DNA from: a phage | Length of the DNA stretch: 64,000 bases | Sequence record: PZ386966.1 | Reading direction: 5' to 3' (one strand) | Shown here: positions 1-10,614 of the stretch, piece after piece | Layout: each line of letters starts with the position of its first letter | Numbering within the stretch: the first letter of the stretch is position 1 | Made by a program: the position numbers and the translations under genes | The notes under the pieces: model-generated | What the model was told of the DNA's origin: nothing | Seen by the model: only the letters and a program-made list of their open reading frames with translations | Database searches by the model: none

Positions 1-1602
1 ATGGACTTAAATGCTGTTAAGCAGAAGCGAGTGGAAGATGTTAGGAAAGTCCTAGCTGGAGAGTTGGGGCTTTCTGATGAAGTAAAAGAAATTATCAAAT
101 CATTCGGTAAAGACCCCTCTAAATTCCTTCCAACTCAAATTCTGACTTTATTAAGATACACACCAGACCAAGTTCGCCTTATCTTTAAATTGATGACTGA
201 TAAGAACTATGTAGCTCCTCAGCCGGGTTCTCAAGAGGTCTTTTTAAACACTAATGCTGACTTGGTTCTCTATGGTGGTGCTGCTGGTGCTGGTAAGACT
301 GCTGCATTGTTAATGGACTCTTTAAGATTCATTGAAGACCCTAACTATAATGCTGTGTATTTCCGTCGAAACACAACACAGCTACAAGGTGGTTTATGGC
401 CTGCTGCAAAGAAACTATTTGGTAAGTTTGGTGGGATTCCTCACGAGCAGAAAATGACTATTACATTCCCTTCTGGGGCGACTATCAAGTTTACCTACCT
501 AGAACTTGAAAAGCACGCTGAAGGTCATCAGGGTATTGAATACTCAGCTATTTACTTTGACGAAGGTACGCACTTCTCTGCTTCACAGATTTCATACCTA
601 CAGACTCGTCTACGTTCTGGGGCTGAAGGTGATTCATACATGAAGATTTCTATGAACCCAGACAGAGACCATTTTATTTACGATTGGGTAGAGCCATTCT
701 TAGATGAAGAAGGTTACCCAGACCCTGAAAAGTGTGGTCGTATTCGTTGGTATGTAATGAATGATGGTGTTATGGTTTCTGATTGGGAGAGAGACAAGAT
801 TCTTGAAATGTTTCCTCTTGAGATTCCTCAAACATATACATTCATCTCTGGTACGATTGATGATAACCCAATTCTTGACTTCTTAGAACCTAAATATCGT
901 GGTAAGTTGGAAAACAACACCCCTGTAAACGTTGCAAGACTTCGTTTCGGTAACTGGAAGGCTCGTGCAGAAGGTTCAAACTATTGGCAAAGACAATGGT
1001 GTGAAATTGTTGATTCACTTCCAGAAGATGTATTCGATGTCAGAGCATGGGACTTAGCAGCAACTTTACCATCTGAGATTAACCCTAATCCAGACTGGAC
1101 AGCAGGTGTTAAGATGGGTAAATCTAAAAAAGACGGTTGCTATTATATCATTGATGTAGTAAGATTTAGAGATAGACCCTCTGGAGTCGAAACACAAATT
1201 AATTTGACTGCTGAAAGTGACGGTAAGCGAACTGGTATTTTTATCCCTCAAGACCCAGGCGCTGCTGGTAAATCCTACGCAACATCCCTCATCAGGAAAC
1301 TTGCCGAGAAAGGTTATCGAGCAAGGGCTAAACCAACAAATAAAGATAAAGTTACCCGATTTGCGGGGTTTTCTGCTGCTTCTGAAGCTGGACTTGTAAA
1401 AGTCTTGAGAGGTAGTTGGAACGAAGCTTACTTCCAAGAACTTGAAGGTTTTTGTGGTGATGGTAAAACTAAAGATGACCAAGTGGATGCTACCAGTGAT
1501 GCTTTCAACAGTCTTAACGAAGTTAAATTATTCAAGCCACCATCAATGGGTGCTCACACAGACTTAGTGAGAGGAAACCCATATGAGGGGCTTAGACGTT
1601 GA
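1..1602 (+). CDS. terminase large subunit
   Basis: Walker A-like 'YGGAAGAGKT' near N-terminus; first gene of the structural module, followed by portal. ORF starts at window position 1, so the N-terminus could be truncated. Confidence 0.7.
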   Translation: MDLNAVKQKRVEDVRKVLAGELGLSDEVKEIIKSFGKDPSKFLPTQILTLLRYTPDQVRLIFKLMTDKNYVAPQPGSQEVFLNTNADLVLYGGAAGAGKTAALLMDSLRFIEDPNYNAVYFRRNTTQLQGGLWPAAKKLFGKFGGIPHEQKMTITFPSGATIKFTYLELEKHAEGHQGIEYSAIYFDEGTHFSASQISYLQTRLRSGAEGDSYMKISMNPDRDHFIYDWVEPFLDEEGYPDPEKCGRIRWYVMNDGVMVSDWERDKILEMFPLEIPQTYTFISGTIDDNPILDFLEPKYRGKLENNTPVNVARLRFGNWKARAEGSNYWQRQWCEIVDSLPEDVFDVRAWDLAATLPSEINPNPDWTAGVKMGKSKKDGCYYIIDVVRFRDRPSGVETQINLTAESDGKRTGIFIPQDPGAAGKSYATSLIRKLAEKGYRARAKPTNKDKVTRFAGFSAASEAGLVKVLRGSWNEAYFQELEGFCGDGKTKDDQVDATSDAFNSLNEVKLFKPPSMGAHTDLVRGNPYEGLRR

Positions 1603-1609
1603 TAGCTAG

Positions 1610-3085
1610 GTGAGAAGAATGGCAGATATTACAGAAACACAAGAAAGCTTACCACCATTTAGAATGGGTGAAGTAGGTTCTTTGGGTCTGAAGGTTAAGA
1701 ATGGAAGAATCTATGAAGAACCTCGTCAGGCACTAAGGTTCCCTGAAAGTATTAAAACTTTCCAATTAATGATGCGTGACCCTGCTGTAGCAGCATCTGT
1801 AAATATTATTAAGATGTTTGTCAGAAAAGTCAACTGGAGATTCGTACCTCCAAAGGGAAAAGAGCAAGACCCTAAAATGCTTGAAAGAGCAGACTTCTTT
1901 AATTCTTTAATGGATGACATGGAGCATGATTGGGCAGATTTTATTAACTCTGTAATGTCATTCTGCACTTATGGGTTCTGTGTTAACGAAAAAGTTTATA
2001 AGAAACGTCAGGGTAAAAAAGGAAAGTACCAGTCAAAATTTGATGATGGTTTAATCGGGTGGGCTAAATTACCAATCAGAAACCAGTCAACACTTGATAA
2101 GTGGTATTTTGACGAAGACTTTAGAAAAGTTACTGGTGTTAGACAGAATCTGAGAAATGTTTCACATATTGCTGGAGCAATTAATCTTGGAGAAAGACCT
2201 CTAACAAGAAAGCTTCCACGAGCTAAATTTATGCTGTTTAAGTATGACGATGAATATGGAAATCCAGAAGGGCGTTCACCATTACTTAATGCTTATGTAC
2301 CGTGGAAATATAAAGTACAGATTGAAGAGTATGAAGCTGTTGGTGTTTCAAGAGACTTAGTAGGTATGCCAAAGATTGGTTTACCACCAGACTATCTGGA
2401 TGAAAATGCAGAGCCTGAAAAGAAAGCCTTCGTACAATACTGCAAAACTGTTGTTAATGATATGATTGCTAATGACAGAGCGGGTTTAATCTGGCCTAGA
2501 TATATCGACCCAGATACTAAAGAGGATATCTTTGAGTTCTCATTAGTTTCTAGACAGGGTGCTAAAGCATACGATACAGGTTCTATTATTGATAGATATT
2601 CCAAGCAGATTATGATGGCATTCATGTCAGATGTTCTTGCTATGGGTCAGTCAAAATATGGTTCATTCTCTCTTGCAGATTCTAAGACAAGCCTATTAGC
2701 AATGTCTGTAGATATTCTGCTGAAGCAAATTAAGAACGTAATTAACCGTGATTTAGTTGCACAGACTTACGCTCTTAATATGTGGGATGATGAAGAACAT
2801 GTACAAATCACATATGATGATATCGAAACTCCAGACCTTGAAGCAATTGGTTCTTATATTCAGAAGACTGTTGCAGTAGGTGCTTTGGAAGTTGACAAAG
2901 AGCTATCTAACAAACTTAGAGAGCATATTGGTCTTCCTCCTGCTGATGAGTCTCAGCCAGTATCTGAAAAGCTTTCTCCAAATAGCCAAAGCCGTTCAGG
3001 AGATGGTTATAAGACCGCTGGAGAAGGTACTGCAAAGACACCTTCAGCGAAAGACCCAAGCACAGCAAATAAGGCAAATAAATAA
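1610..3085 (+). CDS. portal protein
   Basis: 491 aa ORF immediately after terminase; position and size typical of portal; acidic/basic C-terminal tail. Confidence 0.5.
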   Translation: MRRMADITETQESLPPFRMGEVGSLGLKVKNGRIYEEPRQALRFPESIKTFQLMMRDPAVAASVNIIKMFVRKVNWRFVPPKGKEQDPKMLERADFFNSLMDDMEHDWADFINSVMSFCTYGFCVNEKVYKKRQGKKGKYQSKFDDGLIGWAKLPIRNQSTLDKWYFDEDFRKVTGVRQNLRNVSHIAGAINLGERPLTRKLPRAKFMLFKYDDEYGNPEGRSPLLNAYVPWKYKVQIEEYEAVGVSRDLVGMPKIGLPPDYLDENAEPEKKAFVQYCKTVVNDMIANDRAGLIWPRYIDPDTKEDIFEFSLVSRQGAKAYDTGSIIDRYSKQIMMAFMSDVLAMGQSKYGSFSLADSKTSLLAMSVDILLKQIKNVINRDLVAQTYALNMWDDEEHVQITYDDIETPDLEAIGSYIQKTVAVGALEVDKELSNKLREHIGLPPADESQPVSEKLSPNSQSRSGDGYKTAGEGTAKTPSAKDPSTANKANK

Positions 3086-3585
3086 TGGCTGAAGTTATCT
3101 CTATTTCAAATGCTACACGAGTGCATTCGTATAGGGGTGTTCTTATCATTACTGATAAGTTATCTGTAGAGGCTGGCTCAAGGGTCAGCCTTTCAGGTTA
3201 TGTTAGTGATGGTGGAACCTCTGACGTTTTCACTATTTGCAGGTTACTTGATGCACCAATGAGTGGAAAACCGTTTATTTCAGGAAATTGTAGTGAAATT
3301 GTTAAAATTCCATTTGACAGTTCATGCCTTTTGGGTGTAAAGTTATATAACTGCGAGAATAAACGTATCAATGTTAATAGCATTGAAGCCGCTTTCATTA
3401 CCCTCGATACTGCATTTCAATCTCCAATGACAGTTAATAAAGAAACAAACAGACTTGAATACATTTTTTCACAAAATGATTACAAAGTACTTGTCAAAGG
3501 CAAAGTATATGATATGATTGTAAATGTGGTAGATGAATCTGGTAACCATTCAACAGTCCTTAAACAAAAAGTAAGGTTTAATTAA
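3085..3585 (+). CDS. hypothetical protein (beta-rich, possible accessory capsid/Ig-like protein)
   Basis: Start overlaps portal stop (ATGA-type coupling); no catalytic motif recognised. Confidence 0.4.
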   Translation: MAEVISISNATRVHSYRGVLIITDKLSVEAGSRVSLSGYVSDGGTSDVFTICRLLDAPMSGKPFISGNCSEIVKIPFDSSCLLGVKLYNCENKRINVNSIEAAFITLDTAFQSPMTVNKETNRLEYIFSQNDYKVLVKGKVYDMIVNVVDESGNHSTVLKQKVRFN

Positions 3586-3917
3586 TGGGAACATTAACTA
3601 TTGATGGTAAGAATAAAATCCTCGCCACGCTAACCCCAACGACTATTATTTTACACAATGTAGACCCAACGGCAGACCCTACAGCAAATAAGGTTACTCA
3701 GCCAGTGGCTATTTATTTTTCTGAACCGGATAATGGCTTAATTGCCTCAGAAGACACAGTTAACATTACTGTTCCAGCTTCTGCAACGGTCTCACACTAT
3801 AGCTTGTGGGATGCTAACGATAAATGCGTGGCAACTGGTGCTCTTAGCAAACCTCAATTCTTTGCTGAAGAAGGTATCTATGTTATCTCTTCAGTCTCTG
3901 TAGATTTAAACAAATAG
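3585..3917 (+). CDS. hypothetical protein (beta-rich)
   Basis: Translationally coupled to the upstream ORF; no motif recognised. Confidence 0.4.
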   Translation: MGTLTIDGKNKILATLTPTTIILHNVDPTADPTANKVTQPVAIYFSEPDNGLIASEDTVNITVPASATVSHYSLWDANDKCVATGALSKPQFFAEEGIYVISSVSVDLNK

Positions 3918-3928
3918 GGTGAGTAAAA

Positions 3929-5275
3929 ATGAGTTCGAATATCTTCAGACTTGCTGATAGATTATTCAACCAACCTTTACTAGCCACTGAATCATTAGCT
4001 CACTCAGCAGCAACTTATGTGAATAACAGATTGCTGGGTGATGTCCAAGCAGCAGTAAACTTTGATAAACCTAAAGGTGAAGCAAGAAGTCTTTTAAAAG
4101 TAAAAGATGACATTGCTATTATCCCTATTATGGGTGGTTTAACCCATCGTATGACATTCATTGATGCAATGTGCACAGGTGGTTTAAGCTCTTATGAAGG
4201 TTTACGTAGAGGCTTTGACGAAGCTTTAGCAGATGAGTCAATCAAGACTATTGTTCTGCACATTGATTCTGGTGGTGGTGAAGCTTCAGGTTGCTTTGAA
4301 TTAGCACGTCACATCATGGCTTCAAGAGGCCAAAAGAAAATTATTGCTTATGTAGATGAGTTCGCTTGTTCCGCTGCATATGCTCTTGCATCTTCTGCTG
4401 AAGAAATTATTGCATCACCAGATGCAGATGTTGGTTCTATCGGTGTAATCATGGTTCATCAGGAATTAACTAAGGCATTTGAAAAGAATGGCGTAACAAT
4501 TAACGTCATCAAAGCTGGTGAGTTTAAAGGTATGGGTTCACCATTCCAAGCACTTTCAGAAGAAAGCAAAGAAAGACTTCAAAAGAGAATTAATGATACC
4601 TACGCAACCTTTACAGGTTTTGTAGCTGAATCTCGTAATCTCTCTGAAGAAGCTGTAAAGAATACTGAGGCGAATGTTTATTCTGCTCAGGAAGCTCTTG
4701 AACTTGGTTTAATTAACTCAATCATGTCTCAAGATGATTTCTTAAATTACTTACAAGGTTCTGAAGAGGCTCCTGTAAGTTTAAACGTTAACAATTCAGG
4801 TGAAGAAATGACTGAACAAGAAAAGCAAGAACTAGAAGCTTTGCGTCTTCAGGTTGCTCAAATGAAAGCTAAAGAACAGGAAGCTGCTTTGTCAGATTTG
4901 ACTAATAAGATTTCTGCTTCTGCTGAAGCTTTTGGATTTGATGCAAAAGAAGCTGCAACGACTATTTTAGGTGCTGGTCTTGACAACCCTCTGAGTGTTC
5001 TGTTTATGAATGCTATGGAAGGTGCTAACCAGAAACTTAATGAAACTATCGCGTCCCACGCTTCTGCAATGGAAGAAAAAGAATCAGAAATTACCAAGCT
5101 GAAAGAAACTGCTGGTGCTGTTCTTGAACATTCCAACGCTATGGAAGAAGTGGGTAATGACGGCGAAGCTGATTTAGTTGAAGAAGAAAAAGAACCAGCT
5201 AAGAATGCTTACGAAGACACCGCTGAACAACGCAAACTGGCTCTCCAGAATGCTCTAAAATCTCTTATCAAATAA
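3929..5275 (+). CDS. prohead protease (S49/ClpP-like) fused to coiled-coil scaffold-like C-terminus
   Basis: 'DSGGGEASG' and 'CSAAYALASS' resemble S49 (SppA/lambda gpC-type) motifs; C-terminal half is E/K/A-rich coiled-coil like a scaffolding domain; sits between portal and capsid genes. Confidence 0.6.
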   Translation: MSSNIFRLADRLFNQPLLATESLAHSAATYVNNRLLGDVQAAVNFDKPKGEARSLLKVKDDIAIIPIMGGLTHRMTFIDAMCTGGLSSYEGLRRGFDEALADESIKTIVLHIDSGGGEASGCFELARHIMASRGQKKIIAYVDEFACSAAYALASSAEEIIASPDADVGSIGVIMVHQELTKAFEKNGVTINVIKAGEFKGMGSPFQALSEESKERLQKRINDTYATFTGFVAESRNLSEEAVKNTEANVYSAQEALELGLINSIMSQDDFLNYLQGSEEAPVSLNVNNSGEEMTEQEKQELEALRLQVAQMKAKEQEAALSDLTNKISASAEAFGFDAKEAATTILGAGLDNPLSVLFMNAMEGANQKLNETIASHASAMEEKESEITKLKETAGAVLEHSNAMEEVGNDGEADLVEEEKEPAKNAYEDTAEQRKLALQNALKSLIK

Positions 5276-5286
5276 GGAACACAATA

Positions 5287-5664
5287 ATGGCATATCAAGG
5301 TTTTACTAAGTTAGGTAAAAGAGAACCTCTGAATGATATCATTCTTTGGGAACAGGTTACCCCAACAGGCCACTCTCGTAAAGAGTACACCCCACAGGCA
5401 TCTACAGAATATCGTGTAGGTGAGGTTCTGAAGGCAGACGGTACTAAAGTTACAGCAGGGCAAGAAGCTCAGGCTGATTCGGTATGTATCGTTAACTTCT
5501 ATGCAGACCTGCAACTGTCTTACCACGGTCAGTTGAAAGTTGTTGGTATTTACCGCGACGCAGAACTAAAAGACCTGCTTACTCTTGAGTCAGGTGTTGA
5601 TGCTGCCGCAGTCAAGACAGCTCTGGCTGCTAAAGGTATCGATTTCGTACCAACTGGCCTGTAA
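5287..5664 (+). CDS. hypothetical head protein (possible decoration protein)
   Basis: 125 aa ORF between protease/scaffold and major capsid gene; assignment by position only. Confidence 0.3.
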   Translation: MAYQGFTKLGKREPLNDIILWEQVTPTGHSRKEYTPQASTEYRVGEVLKADGTKVTAGQEAQADSVCIVNFYADLQLSYHGQLKVVGIYRDAELKDLLTLESGVDAAAVKTALAAKGIDFVPTGL

Positions 5665-5697
5665 TAACAATAATAAGACATTCTGGAGAATTTTACA

Positions 5698-6801
5698 ATG
5701 TTGACTAATTCTGAAAAAAGCAGATTTTTCCTTGCTGACCTGACTGGTGAAGTCCAGTCTATCCCAAATACTTATGGGTATATTTCCAACTTAGGTCTGT
5801 TCCGTTCAGCACCAATCACCCAAACTACTTTCCTTATGGATTTGACTGATTGGGATGTTAGCTTGCTTGATGCGGTAGACCGTGATAGCCGTAAAGCAGA
5901 GACTAGCGCACCTGAGCGTGTTCGTCAAATCAGCTTCCCAATGATGTACTTCAAAGAAGTTGAAAGCATTACTCCTGATGAAATTCAGGGTGTACGTCAG
6001 CCAGGCACTGCAAACGAACTGACTACCGAAGCTGTAGTACGTGCTAAGAAGCTGATGAAGATTCGTACCAAGTTCGATATTACTCGTGAGTTCCTGTTTA
6101 TGCAAGCTCTGAAGGGTAAAGTTGTTGATGCTCGTGGTACTCTGTATGCTGACCTGTACAAGCAGTTCGACGTTGAGAAGAAGACTGTTTACTTCGACCT
6201 TGACAACCCTAATGCTGACATCGACGCTTCTATTGAAGAACTGCGTATGCACATGGAAGACGAAGCTAAGACTGGCACTGTAATCAACGGTGAAGAAATT
6301 CACGTAGTTGTTGACCGTGTATTCTTCAGCAAGCTGACTAAACACCCTAAGATTCGTGATGCCTATCTTGCACAGCAGACCCCACTGGCTTGGCAACAGA
6401 TTACTGGTTCTCTGAGAACTGGTGGTACTGACGGCGTTCAGGCTCACATGAACACTTTCTACTACGGTGGTGTTAAGTTTGTCCAGTACAACGGTAAGTT
6501 CAAAGACAAGCGTGGTAAGGTTCATACTCTGGTGAGCATTGATGGTGCTGGTGCAGAGGTTGGTGTAGGACACGCTTTCCCTAACGTTTCTATGCTGGGT
6601 GAAGCAAACAACATCTTCGAAGTGGCTTATGGCCCATGCCCTAAGATGGGTTACGCAAATACACTTGGTCAGGAACTGTATGTATTCGAATACGAAAAAG
6701 ACCGTGATGAAGGTATTGACTTCGAAGCTCACTCTTACATGCTGCCATACTGTACTCGTCCTCAGTTGCTGGTAGACGTTCGTTCTGACGCTAAAGACTA
6801 A
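5698..6801 (+). CDS. major capsid protein
   Basis: 367 aa ORF directly after protease/scaffold; strong RBS context; size and position typical; recalled similarity to lambda gpE-type capsid proteins is unverified. Confidence 0.6.
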   Translation: MLTNSEKSRFFLADLTGEVQSIPNTYGYISNLGLFRSAPITQTTFLMDLTDWDVSLLDAVDRDSRKAETSAPERVRQISFPMMYFKEVESITPDEIQGVRQPGTANELTTEAVVRAKKLMKIRTKFDITREFLFMQALKGKVVDARGTLYADLYKQFDVEKKTVYFDLDNPNADIDASIEELRMHMEDEAKTGTVINGEEIHVVVDRVFFSKLTKHPKIRDAYLAQQTPLAWQQITGSLRTGGTDGVQAHMNTFYYGGVKFVQYNGKFKDKRGKVHTLVSIDGAGAEVGVGHAFPNVSMLGEANNIFEVAYGPCPKMGYANTLGQELYVFEYEKDRDEGIDFEAHSYMLPYCTRPQLLVDVRSDAKD

Positions 6802-6822
6802 TATTCTTAAGGAGGGTTATGA

Positions 6823-7272
6823 ATGTGTTATACAGGCGACCCAGCCAATAACCCTCTTGATAGAGTAAGAATCCTCTGCACAGACACCAATAATGACGAA
6901 ATTCTTATTGAACAGTCTGTGCTAGAGTGGTTCTACCTAGAATCTGGAAAGGATGAAAAGAAAGCAGCCATCAAAGCTCTTAAATATTTACTCTTTCAAG
7001 TAGCCAAGATGGGAGATGAGAAGGTTGGTGGTGTTTATTTACGTAACTCTTCCAGATTCAAGTCTCTGAAAGCTGTTTATGACGACCTTGTTAAAAGCTC
7101 TGTTTCAGGACTACCCTATGCAGGTGGTATTAATCAGTGTGATATTGACATGCGTCGTCAGAATCCTTGCTCTGTCAAGAAATACACAGAATATGGTGAT
7201 GCTGCCAGATACGAAGGCAGAGATTACTGCAACCGTGTTAATGGCGTATTTATTATCGAGCGAGATGAATAA
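6823..7272 (+). CDS. hypothetical structural protein
   Basis: Co-directional ORF with RBS 'aaggaggg' upstream; no motif. Confidence 0.4.
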   Translation: MCYTGDPANNPLDRVRILCTDTNNDEILIEQSVLEWFYLESGKDEKKAAIKALKYLLFQVAKMGDEKVGGVYLRNSSRFKSLKAVYDDLVKSSVSGLPYAGGINQCDIDMRRQNPCSVKKYTEYGDAARYEGRDYCNRVNGVFIIERDE

Positions 7273-7754
7273 TGGTTAAAAGGGTTATTCACCCCGCTAG
7301 AGCAAAATTAGTCGGGGCTATGAAGAACTTGCAAACGGCTAATGCTCAAGTTGGGTATTTTCAAGAACAAGGTCAACATAGCTCTGGTTTTTCTTATCCT
7401 GCTTTAATGTATTTACAAGAAGTTATTGGAATCCCTTCAGCTTCTGGTAAAGTATATCGTAGGTTGTTTGAAATCACTATGATGCTAAACAAACAGACCT
7501 TGTTAGAGCAGACTAAGAAGAATCTATATAAGCAACTTAGCAGTCTCAACACAGACCCTTCAAATACCTTAGAAGCATTTGCAAAGAATGCTCAAAAGGT
7601 AATTAAAAGAGGTTTTGGTAATTCTGCTATCCTCCCTCCTAACGCACCTTCCACAGTCAAGAAAAAAGGCTTTAATGCACCTCTTGTTGAGACAGGTGAC
7701 TTAAGGGATAGCCTTGCTTATAAAATTTCTACTAAGAAGGGTATTAAGAAATGA
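7272..7754 (+). CDS. hypothetical head-tail connector/completion protein
   Basis: Position between capsid and sheath genes; start overlaps upstream stop. Confidence 0.35.
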   Translation: MVKRVIHPARAKLVGAMKNLQTANAQVGYFQEQGQHSSGFSYPALMYLQEVIGIPSASGKVYRRLFEITMMLNKQTLLEQTKKNLYKQLSSLNTDPSNTLEAFAKNAQKVIKRGFGNSAILPPNAPSTVKKKGFNAPLVETGDLRDSLAYKISTKKGIKK

Positions 7755-8152
7755 GACTCTTAAACAGACACAGCTTTGTAGTAAAGCGTAAAGTCTCTGA
7801 AGACGGTTATTATAATGATGATGGTGATTGGGTAGCTTCACAAGATATTGTAGAGGTTAACTGTAAAGGTAATATCCAGCCATATATCAAAGGTTCTGTA
7901 AAGAATGGTACACAGATTGCTTTACCGGAAGGTATCAGGCTTACCGATACAAGAATCCTGTATACCACATATAAACTTAGAACTTCAGATGATGTAGAGT
8001 GGAATGAGTCTGATATTGTTATGATTGATGGTCATGAGTATGAAGTATTTATGACTATGGATTGGTCACAGCAATTAGCCCATACATCCCATTATGAATA
8101 TATCATTATTAGAAGGGATAAAATGAATGCAGTTAGAAACAGCAGAACTTGA
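7751..8152 (+). CDS. hypothetical head-tail joining protein
   Basis: Position; overlapping start (ATGA). Confidence 0.35.
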   Translation: MRLLNRHSFVVKRKVSEDGYYNDDGDWVASQDIVEVNCKGNIQPYIKGSVKNGTQIALPEGIRLTDTRILYTTYKLRTSDDVEWNESDIVMIDGHEYEVFMTMDWSQQLAHTSHYEYIIIRRDKMNAVRNSRT

Positions 8153-8726
8153 AAAAGGTCTAGTTAGAACCTTAGTGGGTGTTATTGGTCACAGATTAGC
8201 TCGTGATAAAAATAATAGGCCAAACGTAATTAGAGCTTACCCTTCTGATAACTCAAATGACAAAGGTTTAAAACCTGACCAGCCATTTATCACTGTATAT
8301 TGTCAAGATGCTGCAACACCTTATGGTTGGGTTCTTGATAAGTTTGTTGAGGATGATGTAGTTTGCTACAGAATTGCTTTTCAGATTCCAGTATTAATTA
8401 CGGTGAATGGTAAAGGTGCTCACAGTATTATGCTTGAGCTTAAACAACGATTAGAGATGAGTTCAGTCAGAGATTTAATCCTTGAAGAAACAGGAGCTAC
8501 AGTATTAGACACTGGAGCTATCCCGAATGACTATACTTATCTCAATACAGATTTCGAAAATTCTGCACCTCTTGTTGTAACTCTTGTAAAAAACTCAGTC
8601 CTGAAGGATGAACGTGGAAGTATTATTGAACGTGTCATTGTTGATGGTGAGTTGGTTTATGAAGAAGGACAAGAGCCACCAGAATATACTATCCATCTAG
8701 ATGTAGACTCCAAAGGGGTAAAATAA
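8127..8726 (+). CDS. hypothetical tail completion protein
   Basis: Position upstream of sheath gene. Confidence 0.35.
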   Translation: MQLETAELEKGLVRTLVGVIGHRLARDKNNRPNVIRAYPSDNSNDKGLKPDQPFITVYCQDAATPYGWVLDKFVEDDVVCYRIAFQIPVLITVNGKGAHSIMLELKQRLEMSSVRDLILEETGATVLDTGAIPNDYTYLNTDFENSAPLVVTLVKNSVLKDERGSIIERVIVDGELVYEEGQEPPEYTIHLDVDSKGVK

Positions 8727-10079
8727 ATGTGGAATCCAATTGTTAATGTAGATATTACATTGAACACCGCAGGAACTACAAGAGAAGGTTTTGGTTTGCC
8801 ACTATTCTTAGCTTCAACAGATAACTTTGAAGAAAGAGTGCGTGGTTACACTTCCTTAACTGAAGTTGCTGAAGATTTCGATGAGAATACTGCTGCATAT
8901 AAGGCTGCTAAACAACTTTGGAGTCAGACTCCTAAAGTAACTCAGCTTTATATTGGTAGACGCGCTATGCAGTACACTGTATCAATTCCTGATGCCGTTA
9001 CCGAAAGTACAGACTACTCAATTACTGTAGCTGCTGGCGGTGGAATTTCTCAACCATTCCAGTATACAGCACAAAGCTCAGATACTGCTGAGGTAGTTTT
9101 GCAACAGTTTAAAACACAGATTGAAGCTGACCCAACAATCAAAGATAAGGTTTCTGTGAACGTAACTGGTAGCAATGGTTCTGCCACAATGATTATTACC
9201 AAAGCTGGTGATAATGACTTTGTGAAAGTAACAACCACAGCACAGACTGTATATATTGCAAGTACAACTGCCGATACAGCATCAACTGCTCTGGCAGCTA
9301 TCGAAGCTTATTCTACCGACTGGTATTTCATTGCAGCAGAAGACAGAACTCAACAGTTTGTCTTAGCAATGGCTTCTGAGATTCAGGCTCGCAAGAAAAT
9401 CTTCTTTACAGCTAACTCTGATGTAACAGCCCTGCAAGGTACAGAATTAGCCAGTGCAAATGATGTTCCAGCACAGCTTGCTAAGAATATGTACACTCGT
9501 ACAGTTTGCTTGTGGCATCACGCAGCAGCAGAAGATTACCCAGAGATGGCATACATTGCTTATGGTGCTCCGTATGATGCAGGTTCAATTGCTTGGGGGA
9601 ATGCTCAGCTAACTGGTGTGGCAGCTTCTCTACAACCATCTAATCAGAGACCTCTGACAAGTATTCAGAAGTCTGCTTTAGATGCACGTCACTGTAACTT
9701 TATTGACCTTGATGGTGGTGTTCCAGTGGTTCGTAGAGGGATTACTTCTGGTGGGGAATGGATTGATATCGTCCGTGGTGTTGACTGGTTAGAATCAGAC
9801 CTGAAAACTTCTCTGAGAGACTTGCTAATTAACCAGAAGGGTGGTAAGATTACTTATGATGATACTGGTATTACCCGTATTCGTCAAGTCATTGAAACCT
9901 CTCTGCAAAGAGCAGTCAACAGAAACTTCCTGTCATCTTACACAGTTAATGTTCCTAAAGCCTCTCAAGTTGCTTTAGCAGACAAGAAAGCTCGTATCCT
10001 GAAAGACGTTACCTTCGCAGGTATCTTAGCAGGGGCTATCTTGGATGTTGACTTGAAAGGTACAGTGGCTTACGAATAA
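8727..10079 (+). CDS. tail sheath protein
   Basis: 450 aa ORF followed by a ~150 aa ORF, two small ORFs and the tape measure gene: the canonical sheath-tube-chaperone-TMP order of contractile tails. Confidence 0.5.
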   Translation: MWNPIVNVDITLNTAGTTREGFGLPLFLASTDNFEERVRGYTSLTEVAEDFDENTAAYKAAKQLWSQTPKVTQLYIGRRAMQYTVSIPDAVTESTDYSITVAAGGGISQPFQYTAQSSDTAEVVLQQFKTQIEADPTIKDKVSVNVTGSNGSATMIITKAGDNDFVKVTTTAQTVYIASTTADTASTALAAIEAYSTDWYFIAAEDRTQQFVLAMASEIQARKKIFFTANSDVTALQGTELASANDVPAQLAKNMYTRTVCLWHHAAAEDYPEMAYIAYGAPYDAGSIAWGNAQLTGVAASLQPSNQRPLTSIQKSALDARHCNFIDLDGGVPVVRRGITSGGEWIDIVRGVDWLESDLKTSLRDLLINQKGGKITYDDTGITRIRQVIETSLQRAVNRNFLSSYTVNVPKASQVALADKKARILKDVTFAGILAGAILDVDLKGTVAYE

Positions 10080-10094
10080 TAGAGGTAAATTGGA

Positions 10095-10541
10095 ATGGCT
10101 ATGTATCAGCAATATTCCCCTAAAGACGTTGTATGTAGCTGGAATGGTATTGCCATTGAAGGCTTTGCCCCAGACTCATTCTTACGTCTACAGAGAACAT
10201 CACCACTAGTAACACCAGTTGTTGGTGCAGGTGGTCAGGTTGCTCTGACAAGAAATGCAGACAAGACAGGTACTATTGAGATTGAGTTAATGCAGACCTC
10301 TCTCTCTAACCAGATGCTTTCTGCAATTCAAGCTAAACAAGACAATATGGAACTTGAAGAAGATATCTCTTCTAACTTCGTAATCTACGACCCATCAGGC
10401 TCTGTTCTGGCAACTGGTATTAACGCTTGGTTGCAGGAGTTACCACAGATTGAACTTGGTCGTGACCAGAACTCTAAAACTTGGATTTTTGGTTGTGAGA
10501 AGTTAGACTACACTTCTACAATTCCAGCGTCAAGTGTTTAA
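10095..10541 (+). CDS. tail tube protein
   Basis: 148 aa ORF after sheath, followed by a strong terminator as is typical of highly expressed sheath/tube pairs. Confidence 0.5.
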   Translation: MAMYQQYSPKDVVCSWNGIAIEGFAPDSFLRLQRTSPLVTPVVGAGGQVALTRNADKTGTIEIELMQTSLSNQMLSAIQAKQDNMELEEDISSNFVIYDPSGSVLATGINAWLQELPQIELGRDQNSKTWIFGCEKLDYTSTIPASSV

Positions 10542-10553
10542 TAAATCCTATAA

Positions 10554-10588
10554 GGGGGAGACTTTAAAAGGTCTTCCCCTTTTTTGTT
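10554..10588 (+). terminator. rho-independent terminator
   Basis: Hairpin 'ggggagac...gtcttcccc' followed by 'ttttttgtttctttt'. Confidence 0.6.
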
Positions 10589-10614
10589 TCTTTTAAAAGT
10601 ATTAAGGAATCACA

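Noticed and set aside
5806-6732. 308 aa ORF on the minus strand inside the major capsid gene
   Set aside because: Fully nested antisense to a well-supported structural gene in a uniformly plus-strand operon; Cys/low-complexity-rich translation typical of a shadow ORF.
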